A stretch of DNA of 64,000 bases. Source: Paraphysomonas bandaiensis (taxonomy: Eukaryota > Protista > Chrysophyceae). The notes under the pieces are model-generated. The model did not search any database. It was not told where the DNA came from and worked only from the letters and a program-made list of their open reading frames with translations. Shown here in pieces: positions 25,201 to 39,403 of the stretch (position 1 is the first letter of the stretch; each line of letters starts with the position of its first letter). A program made the translations under genes and the position numbers. Where the stretch lies: NCBI GenBank assembly GCA_965644295.1, contig CBFFRP010000123.1:124001-188000 (forward strand), in the 5' to 3' direction.

Positions 25201-26000
25201 CTTTGCTGGGCCTATTTCCAGCGCATCCTTCTTCTATATGGATAAGTTTGCTCTTCTGGTACATGCTACCAATAGTCTATTGAGTACTGTTAATTGTGAA
25301 TGTATATAGTCATCTCGAGCCTCTGTGTATATGTACTCTTATGATCTTGGAGAGCTGGATGCGGCAAATGATCTTAAGCGTCTACAGGCGGTTGGAAAAT
25401 ACAAGCTTGTGAATGAGTGGAGTTGCGGGGCAGCGCAGAGCATCACTGCAATGGCTTGTATGAACAGTGTATGTTCAACTATGATCCTCGCCGCTGGATC
25501 AGACAGGTAGAATTATGCTATTTACGAGCAGCATGTTTAATTGCTGGTGCAGATCTATCTGCATATTAGATGCTGTTACCGGCCAAACCGCGAGGACGGT
25601 TGAGTCTGCTCACGAACGCCCTATCAACTGGATTGCTCTACCACAACCGTCTGTGCATGTTCCTCTACCGCAACATGCTTTCAATGTGTTTGCCACCAGT
25701 GCCTCCGATAACCTGATCGTTTTGTGGGATGTACGATCACCTCGATGTGTTGCCCGATATGCGGATCACATCAACAGACGAGAAAAGATTCAATGTGCGT
25801 TCAGCCCTTGTATGAGGTACCTTGCGACTGGGTCAGAAGATAGGAGCGCTCGTATCCTAGACGTGACTAGCGGAAGAGAAGTTGCGAAACTATCTGTCGC
25901 GCATAGAGATGTCGTTAGTGGTGTTAGCTTTCATCCCATACACCCGCAACTTGCGACGTGCTCATATGACGGTGCCATTAGATGCTACACAAGTGAATAG
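22279..26000 (+). CDS. WDR27: WD40-repeat protein, WDR27-like; multi-exon
   Basis: DLPVTFHCRVKSSGY motif and C-terminus FSPCMRYLATGSEDRSA...HRDVVSGVSFHPIHPQLATCSYDG match WDR27 as I recall it. Confidence 0.82.
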
Positions 26001-26492
26001 AAGTAGTGGTTATCAATGTATATATGTTACACAGGGATTTCTGTACAAGGCTAGCTTAGAACGATTTTACTATTCTGTATAAATTTTCTTGCAGCGCTAC
26101 ATTTTTACTTTTGTTGGCTCTTTTGTAGCCCAAATAATTGGTGCGGATGTGACGCGAGCTGGCTATTACACATTACACGGATATGGGACATTATATTTGA
26201 AAATGACAATGTGCTAACATTTGGACTCATTCATCAATCTGTGTGGCTGATTCACTCTTTATCGACTCGTTCAGCTGACTACCAGTTATTATATTATTAA
26301 TCTTACTTATTATATACGCCATGCAAGAAATAGTGCTTTTCTTCAAAGAAAGTCCGGACTATAAAATCTTCTGTTATAATATTATTTATGCATCTAAATT
26401 CGGGCCTTGGAGCTTGGAAGGGCTTCTATGGATTCTCATATTAGATCTTGATGTTGGAATTGCTCGTTCTTAACTAGACCTCAGAGAGAATT

Positions 26493-28050
26493 TGTCGCTA
26501 GACTAGGTAGATTTATTATTAATATCGTTTACACGAAGTTGTGACCAACACAAACTCATTCTGTTCCACGCACAATCTCCTACATATATGAACCTCTCGT
26601 TACTAAACATATCTTTAAAGATCAAACTATTTCAGTTTCTCAATATATCATCACAGCATTTGTACATCACTATATTTCACTATATTCTCGTACATTGTTT
26701 TCAAGTGACATACTGAATAATGAATAATATACTAGAATAAAATCCATATTCTAATACTCCCACTCAATGTAGAATGCAGTGAGACAAAACAACAGGGAGC
26801 AGAGTAATCTTTATGCTATCTATAACTATCTAGTCCCATAGGTAAAATAGATGTGAAAGCTTTTAATGATACATGTTTACCTAGCAGTCAACTAGATATA
26901 TACAGTTATGTGGGATTTTCACCCACTAAAACACACCTTTAACCTCTTCGGGGTTGTTTCTTCTGCTGCCCCTTCACTCTGGTTGACACGCTTTTCTCTT
27001 AACCCCGGTAATCGTTTTCTCATGACAGCTAAAAAGCTTCGTGGACAATGCCTTCGTAAAAATATCGGCCGCCATATCATCCGTACACATATGAATCAAC
27101 TTTGCTGTATGAAATTTTCTCTATTAACATGTTCTCTTATCCAGTGATACTTGATGTCAATATGCTTCGACCTCTTATGATACGCTGGACGCTAGATTCT
27201 CGAAAAGATCCTTTGCACTCTTACTGTCCATAAAGAATGAGTCGGCTTCGCTACCGAAAGAGTCGAACTTCTTAAGAACACCCCCCGAAGCCACAACAAT
27301 TCTTGCATAGCCGCATACTCCGCCATATACTCAGATTCCATGCTTGAAGTCTGAAGCTTGGACTGCAAGGCCAATGCGCCCACACATGAAAACACTATGT
27401 ATCCCATTGTAGTCCAGTCTGAGTCACTGAATACATGTAAATCAAACTCACTTCCACTGAATCTGATGCCCTCATCAACTGTAACACGTAAATATTTCAA
27501 CAAATGAATAGCTTCTCTGCAAGCTGCATATGTTGGACACTACTAAATTGAGCTAATAACCCCACAGCATAGGCCAGATCAGGCCTAGTATGAATTGCCA
27601 AATGAAACACTGCTCCAATAATTCGCCTCCTCTGTAAAATTTGGTCTAATTGAATTCTCATCCTTCGGCCGAAAACTGACTTTAGTTACTTTTGCCCTGG
27701 CACACACATCACACAGACACTGATTTTTGGCTACCCTTGTCGAAAGGTGCTTGCGTTGCAATCCAGTGTTAATGATTAGCATCCTCTTGTGCGCTTCAAC
27801 TAACGCATGCTTGTTAAAGTGACCCGCTCTCCGATGCAGCAATTCCAGCTCGTCTTTACCCGTTCTGTCGCATAGATTTAATTAATACGCAGCCCCAGAT
27901 TTCTACTATACGAGTTTCATAGTTACTTGAATGAGTTGAGCTGCTACAAACAAATAAAACTTTAAATTGTCTGTGAACGAAATGGTTAACGGTTAATTTC
28001 ATTCGCTAGCAAATATAAATTATTCTTGCGACAGCATTTATTGAATAAGA
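26493..28050 (-). mobile_element. Degenerate, internally deleted Ty1/Copia retrotransposon with 3' LTR (26493-26756)
   Basis: GAG-pre-integrase LHRRAGH...CDVCARAK; RNase H FSDSDW...SSMESEYMA and HKRSKHIDIKYHWIRE; PPT GAGTGGGAG (26765-26757) abuts the LTR; left boundary approximate. Confidence 0.85.
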
Positions 28051-28280
28051 TACAATTCTACTCACACTAACCATCCCAGTTTGCTAAATATCACTTCACG
28101 TCTATTCAGATTCTCGACTTGACATTACATATGCCTCACTACAAGAGCAAAATTCACACCTTCCTAACTGGAGAGTACTGACATATACTTCAGCAAAAAC
28201 GAGTCGGTATAATTTTCTCCTGACTCTTACGATTTAAAGCATCTCAATAATATAATCTTGTAACCATGCGCACAAATATA

Positions 28281-29273
28281 TTACGACTCCGTAGGTTTGG
28301 ATTTTGGCCGTTTTCTTCTATACAATGGACCTCTGGGGCGAAACACAGGTGTTCTAATCCCCCCACCTTCGCTGTCTCTTGAATTCATTGTATCCTGTGA
28401 ATCATACCAAAATTGGTTCTGCAGAGTATTGAAATCCTGAGGTAACGATTGAGCATGCAATGACTTGATTTCATCAGATATATCAGTATTATCCTATTAC
28501 ACTGATTAGAAGAAAAATAAATAACTAGAGTTACATACATGCTGAATACTGTCAATTTCTGCATTCAAAACATGTTGGCGACGTTTGAGCCATCTTACAG
28601 CCAAAATCCCAACAGCCACAATAATATATATGGAGTTCTTTCCAAATATTAATTTTATGCCAACATGGGCTATAAGGGCAAAGCTAAGGCCAAAGATAAT
28701 TGTTTTGATATCTAGATCCCGACTACCAGTTATTTCACAAACAGACTCCACAATCCAATTTGAATGGACTATCGTATTGTCTAATGAAGTAATGCCACAT
28801 TGGGCTGCAAACATTTCAAAATAGGAGTACAGAGTGTCAAGAAAGTTAGTTTCAGCTTTAAAAACAATATCAGCAGATTTTCTGCTCAATTCTGCTCCTA
28901 TAGACCTTGAATTTTTGCTCGAATTGCGTGACGTTTCCATCTGTTCATTAGTTTGGCAAGGGAGTGGTTTACCAACATGCGAACGACATGCTTTCACTTG
29001 AATATGAACATTCCAACATGTTGAACAAAAATATGACTCTGATGTCTCACATTGATTGCATTGCATTGATGCAACTCTTGTATCACAGTTTGTACATAGA
29101 GGAGTAGTGTGTTCCTCTGATATATCAACACATACATGATGTTTAAAGGCTTTGACTTGAGTATGTATATCCCAACAGTTATTACAGAAGAGTTGATCTG
29201 TAGTACATGATGTACATCGATGATCTGCTGTGTTTATCTCACAATTGTTACATATATTATGAATACAGTTCAT
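28281..29273 (-). CDS. Double B-box zinc-finger protein with two predicted TM helices; 2 exons
   Basis: Two CxxC...CxxC...CxxC-W-xx-H...H units; hydrophobic segments IIFGLSFALIAHVGI and SIYIIVAVGILAV; last exon ends KPTES-TAA. Confidence 0.78.
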
Positions 29274-29444
29274 TGATATGTATAATTTTATATAGAGACA
29301 GTTATGGATGATGAGATCTTAGTGTTCACTATGAGTTGGATAGAGATGTCTCTTATTCGACACACGGGTAGACATTGAACGCTAGAGTGTAATAAGAATA
29401 ACCAGAGAGATTGTGGTGAAGATAATGATGATATATGGCAGCTC

Positions 29445-29572
29445 CATACATACATACATACATACATACATACATACATACATACATACATACATACGTA
29501 CATACATACATACATACATACATACATACATACATACCTACATACATACATACATACATACATACATACATA
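29445..29572. repeat. (CATA)n tetranucleotide microsatellite, about 32 units
   Basis: Read directly; two interrupted units. Confidence 0.95.
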
Positions 29573-30029
29573 GCTATATACACTGCTGTACATATGTACA
29601 TATATATGTACTACAACACACAAGACTTTTTGTAATTGGCACTGCTGTAGTACACACATACAGCAGTACTATAAACACACGCAGTGCACACACATGTACA
29701 GCAGTACATATACATTCGTACAGCAGCACTTATATAAATACAAACATACGAAGTACACACAACCCCACTGTGACACACATGTATTCTCTGATATACTAGA
29801 CAACATCATAGCAAATGGACAGTGAGTTGTTTTTTCAGTTTTTGACTGTTGAAGATCTCTGGCTAATGAGTGATTGTGTCTAATAGACAAAGTCATAAGA
29901 CAGCATCAAACTCCGAGTTGCATATATATACTCACTCACTTATAGTTCCCATTGTGTGTACTCGCCATTGTTTGAAAGGTTTGTGAATGTGTTTATTTTA
30001 TGCATGTATTTTAACAATCAGATATACAG

Positions 30030-30527
30030 ATGACGAAAATGTCTGTGCTTGCGGATTGCCTCAAAAAAATGTCCAACGCTGAGAAGCGTGGCAAGAGGCA
30101 GGTTATCATCAGACCCTCTTCTAAGGTCGTTGTTAAGTTTCTTCAAGTGATGCAGAAAAATGGTTAGTGATTTTAATGGTATTCTATTAATAGTTTAATG
30201 GAATTAATTAGGTTACATTGGAGAGTTTGAGGTACTTGATGACCACCGCTCTGGCAAGATCGTTGTGAACCTCATTGGTCGCATTAATAAGTGTGGAGTT
30301 ATTTCCCCACGATTTGATTGCAGCGTTAGGGTATGTATAGTCGTTATTTTTGCAGTATATAGCACTTGACATGTGATTTACTATAGGAAGTTGAGCAGTG
30401 GGTGCAGAATGTCCTTCCTTCTCGTGGATTCGGTCACATTGTGCTGACCACGACATTTGGTATCATGGACCACGAGGAAGCTCGTGCAAAGAAGACTGGT
30501 GGTAAGATTCTAGGCTTCTTTTATTAG
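30030..30527 (+). CDS. RPS15A: 40S ribosomal protein uS8 (S15a); 3 coding exons
   Basis: [30 protein letters not shown]...[19 protein letters not shown]...[26 protein letters not shown]; introns 30163-30211 and 30331-30386. Confidence 0.97.
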
Positions 30528-31388
30528 ATGAATACCACTGTACACATTGATACTTGGATAATAATGGGAACTTGTGGATGAATATTAGCTTTTTCGAAAG
30601 CACTTTTTCTGATTTAGGTGGCTGTATTAACTTAGAATTCACCGCTTAGAATATTGAGTTTTCCAAGTTTGTCATGTAGATCAAAGATGTGCTGGTTAGT
30701 ACTGACTTTCGATCAGAAAACGTGTCACTGCTCTAGCCTTGGATCGTTTTACGCTCACTAGATTTACAAAAAAATGAACACTTTAGAATGTTAGAATGCA
30801 AACTTCTCTAACATTCACAGACAGTAATCATTCTAACTACTTATTCTCCGTTGTACTACATAGTCTAATAAATTGTACATAGAATACAGAATGTGCTATA
30901 TGCTATATATATGATATATGGCAGGGCTACGTATCCATTATATGGTATGATACGATTTGGACTGTCGGTGACGGTTCAATTGCATAGTGAATAGTAGAAT
31001 ATAGAGTAGTACATTACAATGATTGAAGTGGGCACGTCACATAGGAATATAGGCTAGCTGAACATATAAATTGCACATAATATATGGGTCATTAATATGT
31101 CTTGGGTCTTGGTGAGTCAGCACAGTCGCAAAGAATAGATGTTTCTCTATCCATACTGTTCATCTGTTTTGGTAGTCAGCTGCATATTCCAATATCTATT
31201 ATATTGTCAAGTTGCAAAAAAATACTCTGCATGAATTCTGATATTCAACATCAGAAAATGGGAATTGAATTTTTAAACTATATTTCGAACCAGGGAGCAG
31301 CTTCTATTCTCTACCCTTTCAAGTAAACGACACCACTACCACCCTACAACTTTCATTCATTCACACATGCGCCGAAAACAGAAATGGT

Positions 31389-32989
31389 CTAAGGGAACCT
31401 TCGCTTTCCAATGAAGATTCCAACTCCGACGCATAGAAGTCCAAGTATTACCTTTGGTAGAATACAGTTTCCACTTTTAAAAGGACACCCAAGCGATTCA
31501 GACCTTGGAGGGTTAGCATCCACGATTTGAAGTTGTTTATGTCCAGGCCCTGGCGGGACAGGGAGACCAGTCTCTTTATCAAGAAGACAATGCTCCTCAC
31601 CTACATCAATAGGGCCTGGACCAGACCTAGTAACGAATATGTACTTTACATCCCCGGCCTTGGGTTGACGTCCTGTCTTCTCCAGTTTTGAAAGCAAATC
31701 TGCCGGTAAAAATTTCTGTTTCGAAACTCCATCAGCGTACGCATCGGCGTCATTGCAATAACTCTGCGGAGTTCCCGCAGCAGGAAAGTATTTACTCATC
31801 ACTGCCAACAGCATCGACACATCCTGAATATGCATTGTAAGATACACACGAAATTTCAGTGAAAAAGTACCTTATCTAACGTATATATCACAGCATTAGG
31901 ACCCGCATCAAACGTATATGCAGCCTTGATACAACCAAAATGTTCATTGATAATATGTACTAGACGAATTATCATTCGGCTTGTGTCATTCATATAAAAT
32001 ATTGGTGGATATGTGTCCAAGCATGTGGAATGGAACTGGTTCGAGTCCTGCATCGTTATGCGTCCAAAAGTTTCAAAATCACGACTCAAAAATGCAGCCT
32101 CTATCTCTTTCAATCTTGGCTCCACAACATTTTCTGCTCTATAGCTAAGAAATGGACTAGTCTTTTTACTCGTCTCCATCCCAACAGTTGAGGAAGTGTC
32201 CTTCTCTTTGTCACTGACAACCATAATTACTGCCCGCAATTCAGGCCAATGCTGTATCACAATTACACCAGATCTATTCTTAAAGTCGACCACTTACTTT
32301 ATGATCCGCAACTTGAACGGCAATAGAGTCAGTGGCATCCGCTCTCTCACCTTTTTGCCAACGCACAAAGCCACCATACATACTGCGAGAGGCGCTCCCT
32401 GAGCCTTGTCTGGCGATAGCAGTGAGCTGGCCGGGGTATTGCTCCACCACAGCAAAGAGCTTCGACAATGCAGATACTAAGCACGCATATCCCGCAGCCG
32501 ATGATGCCAACCCTGCCCCAGTTGGAAAAGTATTCACTGTAGAAATATGCACTCCATATTGCGGCCATTCGTCAGCTCGCACGAGTAGCTCCCCCGTCTT
32601 TGGGCAATACTTGTCTCCTGCGATGGCACGAATTTCACGCAAACAGGCATGTGCACGGTTATTCATAGCAGTTTCGACACCATTTAGCCATAGCTTATCG
32701 GATTTAAACTCTTTGCTTGCAGCCACTGTAGTGAGAGTATGTAAATCTCCCTATGAACATGTTAAAACTATATACGATACATATAATTAATACCTGATCT
32801 AGAGTCACGCTTACAGAAGAATTCATTGGTGTGTTCAATACACGGTCATTCTTTCCCCAGTACTTAATGACTGCAACTGTTATATGATATAAATAGTCAG
32901 GATCTGTTAAGGTATATGAGATATAGCTTACTGTTCGTTGGAGAGGTGAATGTTTCACACAATGCAGGGTTCATAGCATTCGTTGTCAT
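31389..32989 (-). CDS. MVD: Diphosphomevalonate decarboxylase with a C-terminal hydrophobic tail
   Basis: PTNIAVIKYWGK, NTFPTGAGLASSAAG, ARQGSGSASRS, DSNQFH, AAYTFDAGPNAV. Confidence 0.95.
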
Positions 32990-33591
32990 TATCAAATTAG
33001 ATTGGACTGATATATCACTGTTATGATTATATGAGTGTTTGATATGATGTCATACAATGGTACTGGTAACCATCAATATGCACCACAAGAGCAGAGATGA
33101 GATACACTGCTGTACACCTACACACATATAGTGTCTGTATATGCATAGACATACATAGTGTTTCTATGCATCAAACCACCATATGTGGATACAAAAACTG
33201 ATATATATATAAATATCCATTGCTCTCAAGGGATTTTCACATATGAGATCGCCAAAATTCACTGAATTTTCCAACAAAATGCGAAAATACGCAGGTGGGT
33301 TTATTGTGTGGGTATGTGGTATTATGATACAGTTGTATAGGAGGGTGTGGAATGATATATATGGTTCTGGTTGTGTGGTGTATCTATCCAAGTCATACAG
33401 CATACAGTGGTATATATACGTAACATGCCTTCCATACACAGACAGCAGCATACACATATATATATATATATATATATATCAACCATCACTCTAACTACTC
33501 TACATAACCATAATATAAAATCGTCATAAAGGTGAATATTAGAATATATACATTACTATATCTACTTAGCTAAATATACTGGTCACAGAGT

Positions 33592-34995
33592 ATGGCCAAT
33601 CCCATGCCATGGCGGTTCTTAATAGTCGTCTTACTTGCTCACATGTCACAAGTTCAGTCATATGATATAAGTGATCATGATAAATTAAATCAACTACATT
33701 CATTATCTATAAAATTATTAGAAAATGAAGAATATCGTAGAGATTTAACGGAACAAATGTCAAATGGTTGTTTGGATAGGATGTGTTTGATGCTTCAATC
33801 CTTTACATCTTGTAAGGTATATACATGCAATTAAATTAATGTTAAGTGCTGATTAGATGGATATATAGGCATTTCCGATTCAATGGGAGAAGATATGCTC
33901 GAAATACTTCATGGGTTATTTGTTTGAATGTCCTGTATTTCCCTCGAAAGATGCTATAACAGATGCACCGTCTGTTTGCTTAGAAGATCTGGCGTCTCTC
34001 GCTGCAGGTATGCCAGATATATCTGAAATTGCTACATCTGGAAATCGAAGCGACGATTGTCAGATGGACTGCTATCAAACTTATTTGGAACGTGCGATGG
34101 ACTTCTTCAATACATGCAATAGTGAAGTTCAAAACAGTCCGTATCAAAAAGTCGCACAGCTAAGCATATTTCAGGTGTATCGAGGGCAAGTTTGCGGTAA
34201 GGATTTCGTGATTTTTTTGTTTTTTACATAATATTTATTGATGTAGCATTTAATGGAAAGGATGACAATTGCGTTGACTTGCTTACGGATTTGGTACCCA
34301 ACATTTCTGATCCCAGCCAAAGTCCTCTATTTGACTATTCGTGCTCCTTTCCCGATGAAGCCTACGTATTGCTTTGTAATGAATTTGAATCCATGAAGTG
34401 CTGTTTTGGAAATCAATTGACTATTTTGGAGCAAACTTTTAATATGATGTATGCGCCGTGTGCTATGGATCGCTTGTCAAAGTGCCCCATGATGGATGTT
34501 TCAAGCTTCTGTTCTGAAGGGACACTAACTGATTTGGGAAATGTGCAAACAACTATTGCTATGAACATATCATATTCACAGGGCCTGCCGGATATGTCCA
34601 ATGAAACGTCTGTATTAATATTTCGCTCGGTACTCGGGGGAGCGGTTGGGCTGCTTCCCACAGAGGTTGCAATTCTTAGCTACCAATACTACAACAACAC
34701 ATTGCTGCCTACTAGCAATATCGAGTCAGCTGTGTCGGGAACATTCACATACATGGTTATTATGGCCTCGACAACAAATAGCTCATGGAATTCCGTTGTA
34801 GAACAGTTGGATACGCCAGAGTATGAAGGCGCCATTGCGCAAACGTACAACACGGATCCCAGTAATGTTGTAGTTACTGTCGGAGATTATGACTACTATA
34901 CAGCAGATCCCATAGACACAAGCCGCGGTTTCCGATCATTGCCGGGGTTATATTGGGCCGTTCTTTCAGCGATTCTTGTAATCTTGATAGTTTAA
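33592..34995 (+). CDS. Secreted Cys-rich surface protein, probably GPI- or TM-anchored; 3 exons
   Basis: Signal-peptide-like MANPMPWRFLIVVLLAHMSQVQS, many Cys and N-glycosylation sequons, terminal hydrophobic GLYWAVLSAILVILIV. Confidence 0.75.
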
Positions 34996-35264
34996 CCTTA
35001 TGAATCAAGAAACAAGACTGTTGGCCCTCAGTTTCGACACGCATGGTGTAATGTTATATGTGCGCTCGGATGAGTTTTGGCAATTTCTAATTGAAAATAA
35101 TAGCCGAAGGGCTTGCTTTATTTGAATTGGGCCCTAAATGCTTAAGTAATATGTATTTAATAACGTTGTTCTAGTTTCAACCACATGTTTTAATAAGCTT
35201 AACAAAACGAAGTTTTAGGTTTCTTTCTAGTTTCTATTATACCTTTTTCTTTGGGTTACTCATC

Positions 35265-36517
35265 ATGGCGTTTCGAAATCTTAAGGCCGTTCTAATTAAA
35301 GACTGTGATGACGTCCGGGTACAGTTAAACACACTTTTTATTGATTATTATAATTAATACAGTAGTGGTAATTTACATACCCCGTGTGTGTGAATACAGA
35401 ACATCGAAAAGAGGGCACGACTTATGGGGAAAATTTTTAATGTTGAATCACATGTGACTATCTTAAAAGAGCATTTTCTATCTGACGCCTTCTGTAGTAC
35501 TCAAATAACATATCTGCCACTATTACATATATATTAAGTTATAAATATACTTATGGGATATCTATTAGTGATTAGACGGTATAGTGTTATATAGTGATAT
35601 GGTAGAGTGAGATGTGAGATGGTATAGTGCTGCATTGTAACGTGGTATATGGGTGTATATAGTGAGATTATATAGTGGTGTTATATGGGTGTATAGTGAG
35701 ATAATTATAGTTCATACTTGTGAACTGTATGTAATATATATATGTGTAGTCGGTGATTTTAATAGCTGTAAAACTAAAGTAATATGGAAGTATTTAGTAA
35801 AAAATATTATAAATATTACTTTTCACGCTGTTAATATCTTCATAGTTACTTATTGTGCATAGTTATACCCTTTTATGTAAAAGCCCTTACATACTGTTCT
35901 CGTATTAACAGGGCAGTCAAAAATATATTGAATTACAATATATTGCAATTATTTATTCTTGCTTGCTACAATGTATTCGTTATTACTTTAGCGAAATTTG
36001 CCAAACTATTCGGTCGAACTATTTATGACGTATAATATGAATGTGAACAGGTGAATAAACTGTATGCTATTATTCTCCATCTCTGTTCATGATATGTTTT
36101 GATGGATTCATTCCTCTGATTTCATTGTTTTATTGCACATACAGTATGTTTGCAACGAATCAAATCATAGAATCTTTTTTCAAATGAATGCAGAAGAAGC
36201 TGATTTACTAAATAGGTCAAACGTAAGAAACACTGCTGCTGCATTTGAAAGCTACAGAGCTACCAAGAAGTTACGACGATAACTTGACACCCAGTCTCGA
36301 TCGAACAAGCACATATTGTGGAGCGCTTGTTCTGCAGACCCAAGATTATCGTGACACACTTGAGACAAGGAATGACCCCACGACGCCTCGAACTGCTGTT
36401 GTTCCTTTTCGCTTCAACAAGCGCTTGTGGACCGCAAAGACAGTGCAACAGGTCATCGATAATGGATTGTCCGATTATAGAATGAGGTCGATAGTGACGA
36501 AGGGTTGGAACATGTAG
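35265..36517 (+). CDS. Small hypothetical gene; exon structure uncertain
   Basis: Plausible exons MAFRNLKAVLIKDCDDVR / NIEKRARLMGKIFNVESH and terminal ...RSIVTKGWNM, but the frame cannot be joined cleanly near 36245. Confidence 0.35.
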
Positions 36518-36969
36518 ATTACTAGTTGCTGCATTGTTATTGGGTTTTCATCATTTTGTTGTAACCTCTACTAACTAGTTATCAGGGCTGCATAATAATG
36601 AATGGAATTACAATTAAATTGCATGGAACATACATAATAATTGCAATTGTAATTGCTCGCTGGAAGGTTGCTTTTAAATTGCAATTAATTAGGAATTCGC
36701 AATATATTGACTGGCCCTGTGCATTAAGTTCATGCATCACTGTACGCACATATTGGTAAGAAAGAGAAATTATATCCAAATTAGTGATTGAATTATAGTT
36801 TGCATATTATAACTATTTTTCCTCAAAGTTGAATTACATACATGCAGAAACGATATTGCAATGTACAAAAGGTTAACTGCACCATAATATCGGACTCGTA
36901 CGATGAAGTGCGCCACGCGAAATCATGGACGTACGTAATCACGTAAACAAGCATTGCACAAACCTTTAT

Positions 36970-38709
36970 TCATGAATACCACTGAGATTGTTTCAAAGGT
37001 CTGGATGTACGGGCTACACCTCCTTGCTCAGAAAGTTTCTTCATGTGCAGCTCTTCCATTCGAAGCATATGCTTATAAGCCAAATATTCTTCTTGTTTCT
37101 CCTTCTCTTCTTTCTCCTGACGATACTTAATTTGATCTTTCAGGAGATTGTTGTTGTTAATAGCAACACGTCGTCGAGCTTCTGCTTCTAGCTGCTCTTG
37201 GCGAATTCCTTCTTCCGCCTCCTTGATAAACTTCTCACTCCATAACTTTTCCTCGTTACGTTGTCTTTCCTGTTACACAGATGAGCAAGCACTAGATGTA
37301 AAAAAAAGACAGACCTCAGCTTCATATTTTTGATGTATTTGCTGCTGTCGACCTTCGTCAACCATCTTCATTAATTGGTCCCTAGCTGCTTGTCGCGCAT
37401 TCAGAGCATCATCTCGTGCTTTCCAAACTTTTTCTTCTTCGGCCCGTCGCATTTCATCTAAATGTGCAGTATCCTCTGCATCTCGAACCATCTGTTCCTC
37501 TAAGTAGCGCTTGTACTCGCGCGCGGCTTGGCGGTTGGCATTCTTCTTTGCCTCTTCGGCGGCCTGTGCCTCCTTCTCTTTCGCAAGAGCAAAACGCAAC
37601 AGGGCTAAGTCTTGAGCCTTACGTCTCTGGTTTTCGGCCTCTTCGATCTCCTTCACCTGCATACGATTGTCAACGGAATACACGACATTGAAATTAGTGA
37701 ATTACCGCGGCATTAGAGGCCAATATTTCTTTCCTTCGACGATTCGCTTCCTCCTGACGTTCTCTTTGAATACGCTCCTCCTCAGCCAAAGCGTCTCGTA
37801 TCTTAGGAATACATATGTCACTATAAGACACCGTTTAAATTACTGGACTCAAACCTGTGCGATTTCAGCCTCATCCTCTTGTTTAGTAATATTTCTCAGA
37901 TGCTCTTTTCTTTGGCGATTATATTCAATCTACATTGTATTTAAAGAAATTCTACTATATACCATGTACACTAACTACCTGTTCTTTGATCCTTATTGCT
38001 GTTTCTTCTTCAACACGACGTCTCCGATCTTCTTTTTCCTTCTCCGCACGTTCCATTTCCTCCACGTGTTTCTTCCAGTCTTCGTTAAACTTCTTTTCTT
38101 CTTCAGATAAACGCTCGCGTTTTCTGATCTTTTCATCTATCTGTGCCTTCCGTTCCTTACTCACCAAAGCCAGCAATGCTTCTGAATCTAACGTTCTTGC
38201 ATCGTCGCACGCATCTCTCCACTGTTTGTCCAGTGAATTTTTCACATGTTCTTGGCGAACTCTTTCTCTCTCATCTCGCAATGCATACGCTCTCTCCATT
38301 ATTCTACATAGGCAAGTCATAAACATTTACTTCTACCCAATTGACCTCACCTCTGCTTTCTATCCTCTTGTGTTTCAACGTTTGCCAATACTTCTGCTTG
38401 CCACTGTTCCATCTCATCATTGTACAAATCAGCTAGTTGCCTGCGTCTCTGATGTAAACTTATGTTGTTTTCTCTCTCCAAGCTGGACATACGATCCTAC
38501 AGTACAGAGCATTAGACACACAGCACTGCATATATAAGAACTCATAGCACCTGTTTCATCCTTCTCTCAATTTTTTTCTGTGTTGTAATTTCAAAGTTTG
38601 CAATATGCATTTTTCTTTTTTCTTCAGCAATTACAGAATCCATATAATCATATTCTGCATTCGCCTTTTTACGAGCTTCAATCACTCTCTTTACGTTAGA
38701 TTTAGACAT
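36970..38709 (-). CDS. CFAP53: Ciliary coiled-coil (TPH-domain) protein, CFAP53/CCDC11-like
   Basis: ERAYALRDERERVRQEHV...DKQWRDACDDAR and EEEKVWKAR...ARDQLMKMVDEGRQQQI; E/K/R-rich throughout; GT-AG introns. Confidence 0.78.
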
Positions 38710-39403
38710 TGTAATATAAATGAGTAATGGATTCTATCAATATCAACACCTGGTGCCTTACAACTTAAGGATATATTATCTGAGCAGTAAACAAATCTTT
38801 GTATATGTGCTCTATATAACTATGAAGGTTTGAAGTGGTGTGTAACCAGTATGTATGTATGTATAGAGTGAGATGATAGATGTGGGGGTGGTATGGTACT
38901 GTACGTATATATATATATATGGATATGTATGTGTATGTATGTATGTGTATGTATATGTAGAGGAAAAGGGAAACGAATTTATTGAGCAGTTATACATTCC
39001 TTCACTTCATTTGAATTATGTATTCCTATATATATAATACGGACCTGTATTCCACATGCCTCTAGAGGAGGGTTCCAAAAAAAAACACATGGTGAAGGGA
39101 ATTTTATATGGATCTTACAGAAAACCAGAAAATTTTCTCTATTGCAACAACAAAATACAACATATATATTAAAATCATACAAAAATTTCGGATTTTTAAT
39201 GCAGTGTTGCAGGGCAATGTAGGAATATATAGAACGATATACTGTATGATGTACCCATATATACATATGTACAGATAGCAGTGCAGAGCAGTCCAGATAG
39301 GATTTGATTGACTATCCCTATACTTACACTCTCTTGTGATATCCTGTCATTTAATATCACTATAGCAAAGTAAAAGTTAACAAAGTATTCATTAAAATTA
39401 AAC

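Noticed and set aside
29288-29799. ORFs with YVCM / HTYI repeats
   Set aside because: Translations of the (CATA)n microsatellite in a promoter spacer
36583-36850. Possible MITE starting CAGGGCTGCATAA, similar to the CAAGCCTG end at 12918
   Set aside because: No matching second TIR or TSD found
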